Sequence record: SRR20825006_2362
Length of the DNA stretch: 37,584 nucleotides
Reading direction: 5' to 3' (one strand)
Part shown: positions 35,489 to 37,584 of the stretch, piece by piece
How positions within the stretch are numbered: the first letter of the stretch is position 1
Layout of the letters: each line of letters opens with the position of its first letter
Notes under the pieces: generated by a model
Told to the model about the DNA's origin: nothing
The model's database searches: none
What the model saw: only the letters and a program-made list of their open reading frames with translations
Program-made: the position numbers and the translations under genes

Positions 35489-35502
35489 TGCACATTTTTG
35501 CA
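35489..35502. promoter_or_regulatory. Candidate autoregulatory operator of the LacI gene
   Basis: TGCACATTTTTGCA 12 nt upstream of the ATG, resembling the sites in the 29154-29361 region. Confidence 0.45.
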
Positions 35503-35598
35503 TTGTCGTAAGCATTATCTCGCCACCGGCTTAATTTAGTCAATCTCTACTATAGTTTGCGCGCTCGAACAATTTGCACTGGTTGCATTAGCCTGAAT

Positions 35599-35638
35599 AA
35601 AAATGACCCCACCATGCAAAGCATAACAGGGTCATTTT
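35599..35638 (-). terminator. Terminator after the RND gene
   Basis: AAAATGACCC / GGGTCATTTT stem with a U-tract on the minus strand. Confidence 0.7.
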
Positions 35639-35657
35639 CTTAAATTGTTGTGAGGTG

Positions 35658-37584
35658 CTAGGCAGCCTTTTTACGGGTCTCCAGTTTCCTCAGAAGCACA
35701 TAAAACACCGGCGTGAAAAAGAGACCAAAGAAGGTTACGCCGAGCATACCTGAGAACACGGCAATACCCATTACGTTCCGCATCTCAGCCCCGGCTCCGG
35801 TTGACAGCACCATCGGCACCACGCCCATGATGAAAGCAAAAGACGTCATCAGGATCGGGCGAAGCCGCATCCGCGCCGCCTCAATGGCTGCCTCAACAAT
35901 AGACCGACCCTGTGTCTCCAGTTCGCGCGCAAACTCCACAATCAGGATCGCGTTTTTACATGCAAGCCCTGCCAGCACAAACAGACTGATCTGGGTAAAG
36001 ATGTTGTTGTCGCCACCCGTGAGCCACACACCAACCATGGCAGAAAGCACACTCATCGGCACAATCAGTATCACGGCAAGCGGCAATGTCAGGCTTTCGT
36101 ATTGCGCCGCCAGCACAAGAAACACAAGAAGCACACAAAGCGGGAATACAAACACTGCCGTGTTGCCAGCAAGGATCTGCTGGTAGGTCAGGTCTGTCCA
36201 CTCATAGGTCATACCTTTTGGCAGTGTTTCATCAAGTATCTTCGAGATTGCAGCCTGCGCCTGCCCGCTTGAATAGCCGGGAGCTGCGTCACCGTTCAGG
36301 TCAGCCGCCCGGAAACCGTTGTAGCGTTGCGCGCTTTCCGGCCCGTAGCTTTCATCCATCGTCATAACCGAAGCAAGCGGGATCATATCACCGGAAGAAT
36401 TGCGAACCTTGAGCTGCAACGCTGCCTCAGCAGACGAGCGATACTGTTTGTCTGCCTGTGCGATCACCTGATAGGTACGACCAAAATTGTTAAAATCATT
36501 GACATAGAGCGAGCCGAGATAGACCTGCATCGTGTTAAAGATTTCATCGATATTCAGGCCGAGCTGTTTCGCACGTTCCCGGTCAAGGTCCGCATAAAGC
36601 TGCGGCACATTGATCTGATAGCTCGAGAACACACCGGTTAACTCAGGCGTAGCCCAGGCTTTTTGCAACACCTGCTGCAACGCACCGTTCAAAGCTTCAT
36701 AACCAAGGTCGGTACGGTCCTCAATCTGCAGCTTGAAGCCGCCGATAGTACCAAGGCCCTGTACAGGTGGTGGCGGGAAGATAGCGATAAATGCTTCTTC
36801 GATACCACCGAATTGCTGCTGCAGTCGGCCAGCAATCGCACCGCCTGACATGGCGTCACCTTTGCGCTCTTCAAACGGGTCGAGTGTTACAAACACAATG
36901 CCTGCACTTGAGCTGTTGGTAAAACCGTTGATCGAAAGACCGGGAAATTGTACCGCGCTTTTCACACCCGGCTCCTGAAGGGCGATCTCACCCATCTCGC
37001 GGATAACCGCTTCCGTACGTTCTAGCGTAGCACCGTCCGGCAGTTGCGCGAAACCAACCAGATACTGTTTGTCCTGCCCCGGCACAAAACCTTGAGGCAC
37101 TTCTTCAAAGCTCTGATAGGTCAGCCCCAGAAGCACAGCATAGATCACCACGGCAATTGTTTTGCGGCCGAGGATTTTGGATACTCCGCCGGAGTATGCC
37201 TCTGAGCTGCTTTTGAACGCACGGTTGAACAGGCGGAAGAAACCACCAAACACAGCGTCAATACCACGGGTCAGGCGGTCTTTTGGTGCGTCATGCCCTT
37301 TGAGCAGCAGTGCTGCGAGCGCTGGGCTAAGGGTCAGCGAGTTAAACGCAGAGATCACCGTGGAGATCGCGATGGTCAGTGCGAATTGCTTGTAGAACTG
37401 GCCTGTCAGACCGCTAATGAACGCGATCGGTACAAACACAGCAACAAGGGTGAGCGAGATCGCAATAATCGGCCCGCTGACTTCGCGCATTGCCTGATAG
37501 GTTGCTTCTTTCGGCGACATGCCGTTCTCGATATAACGTTCAACGTTTTCAACCACCACAATGGCATCATCCACCACGATGCCG
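35658..37584 (-). CDS. RND efflux permease, HAE1 family (MexF/OqxB-like), 5' part outside the window
   Basis: GIVVDDAIVVVENVER, SLTLSPALAA, AAQYES, KNAILIVEFA and RLRPILMTS motifs. Confidence 0.95.
   Translation of the reverse strand, partial: GIVVDDAIVVVENVERYIENGMSPKEATYQAMREVSGPIIAISLTLVAVFVPIAFISGLTGQFYKQFALTIAISTVISAFNSLTLSPALAALLLKGHDAPKDRLTRGIDAVFGGFFRLFNRAFKSSSEAYSGGVSKILGRKTIAVVIYAVLLGLTYQSFEEVPQGFVPGQDKQYLVGFAQLPDGATLERTEAVIREMGEIALQEPGVKSAVQFPGLSINGFTNSSSAGIVFVTLDPFEERKGDAMSGGAIAGRLQQQFGGIEEAFIAIFPPPPVQGLGTIGGFKLQIEDRTDLGYEALNGALQQVLQKAWATPELTGVFSSYQINVPQLYADLDRERAKQLGLNIDEIFNTMQVYLGSLYVNDFNNFGRTYQVIAQADKQYRSSAEAALQLKVRNSSGDMIPLASVMTMDESYGPESAQRYNGFRAADLNGDAAPGYSSGQAQAAISKILDETLPKGMTYEWTDLTYQQILAGNTAVFVFPLCVLLVFLVLAAQYESLTLPLAVILIVPMSVLSAMVGVWLTGGDNNIFTQISLFVLAGLACKNAILIVEFARELETQGRSIVEAAIEAARMRLRPILMTSFAFIMGVVPMVLSTGAGAEMRNVMGIAVFSGMLGVTFFGLFFTPVFYVLLRKLETRKKAA

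Noticed and set aside
1-37584. tRNA, rRNA, transposase, integrase or phage structural genes
   Set aside because: None recognised; the holin-like gene at 15138-15590 fits a yqjDE-type stress operon rather than a prophage.

Overview
This looks like a ~37.6 kb chromosomal window from an alphaproteobacterium, probably marine (inferred from gene content only). In order it holds: the 5' end of a divergent secreted-protein gene and a tandem beta-propeller phytase; ModE-boxed modBC without modA; an MHYT-PAS-GGDEF(degenerate)-EAL protein; and a repeat protein behind a sigma54-type promoter. Next comes an ~11 kb stress/envelope island (about 8.4-19.8 kb) built around a KdpD-like kinase lacking the N-terminal KdpD domain, a stand-alone receiver and a KdpE-like regulator, with no kdpFABC in the window. 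After it come an FtrA/GlxA-type AraC regulator, a dgcR-dgcN-dgcA-like D-glutamate module, a maltodextrin/starch utilisation locus (halogenase-like protein, TonB-dependent receptor, MFS, two GH13 enzymes, LacI) and the 3' part of an RND pump. The most striking signal is in the island. Seven upstream regions share one architecture: an 11-bp-period TTTAT-N6-TTTAT direct repeat (KdpE-type), 20-21 nt, a weak -35, 17 nt and a -10-like hexamer. One of these has no protein gene behind it and appears to drive an anti-Shine-Dalgarno sRNA. Together this suggests a KdpD/E-type system repurposed as a local stress regulon. All functional calls come from motif recognition by eye; no database searches were run.
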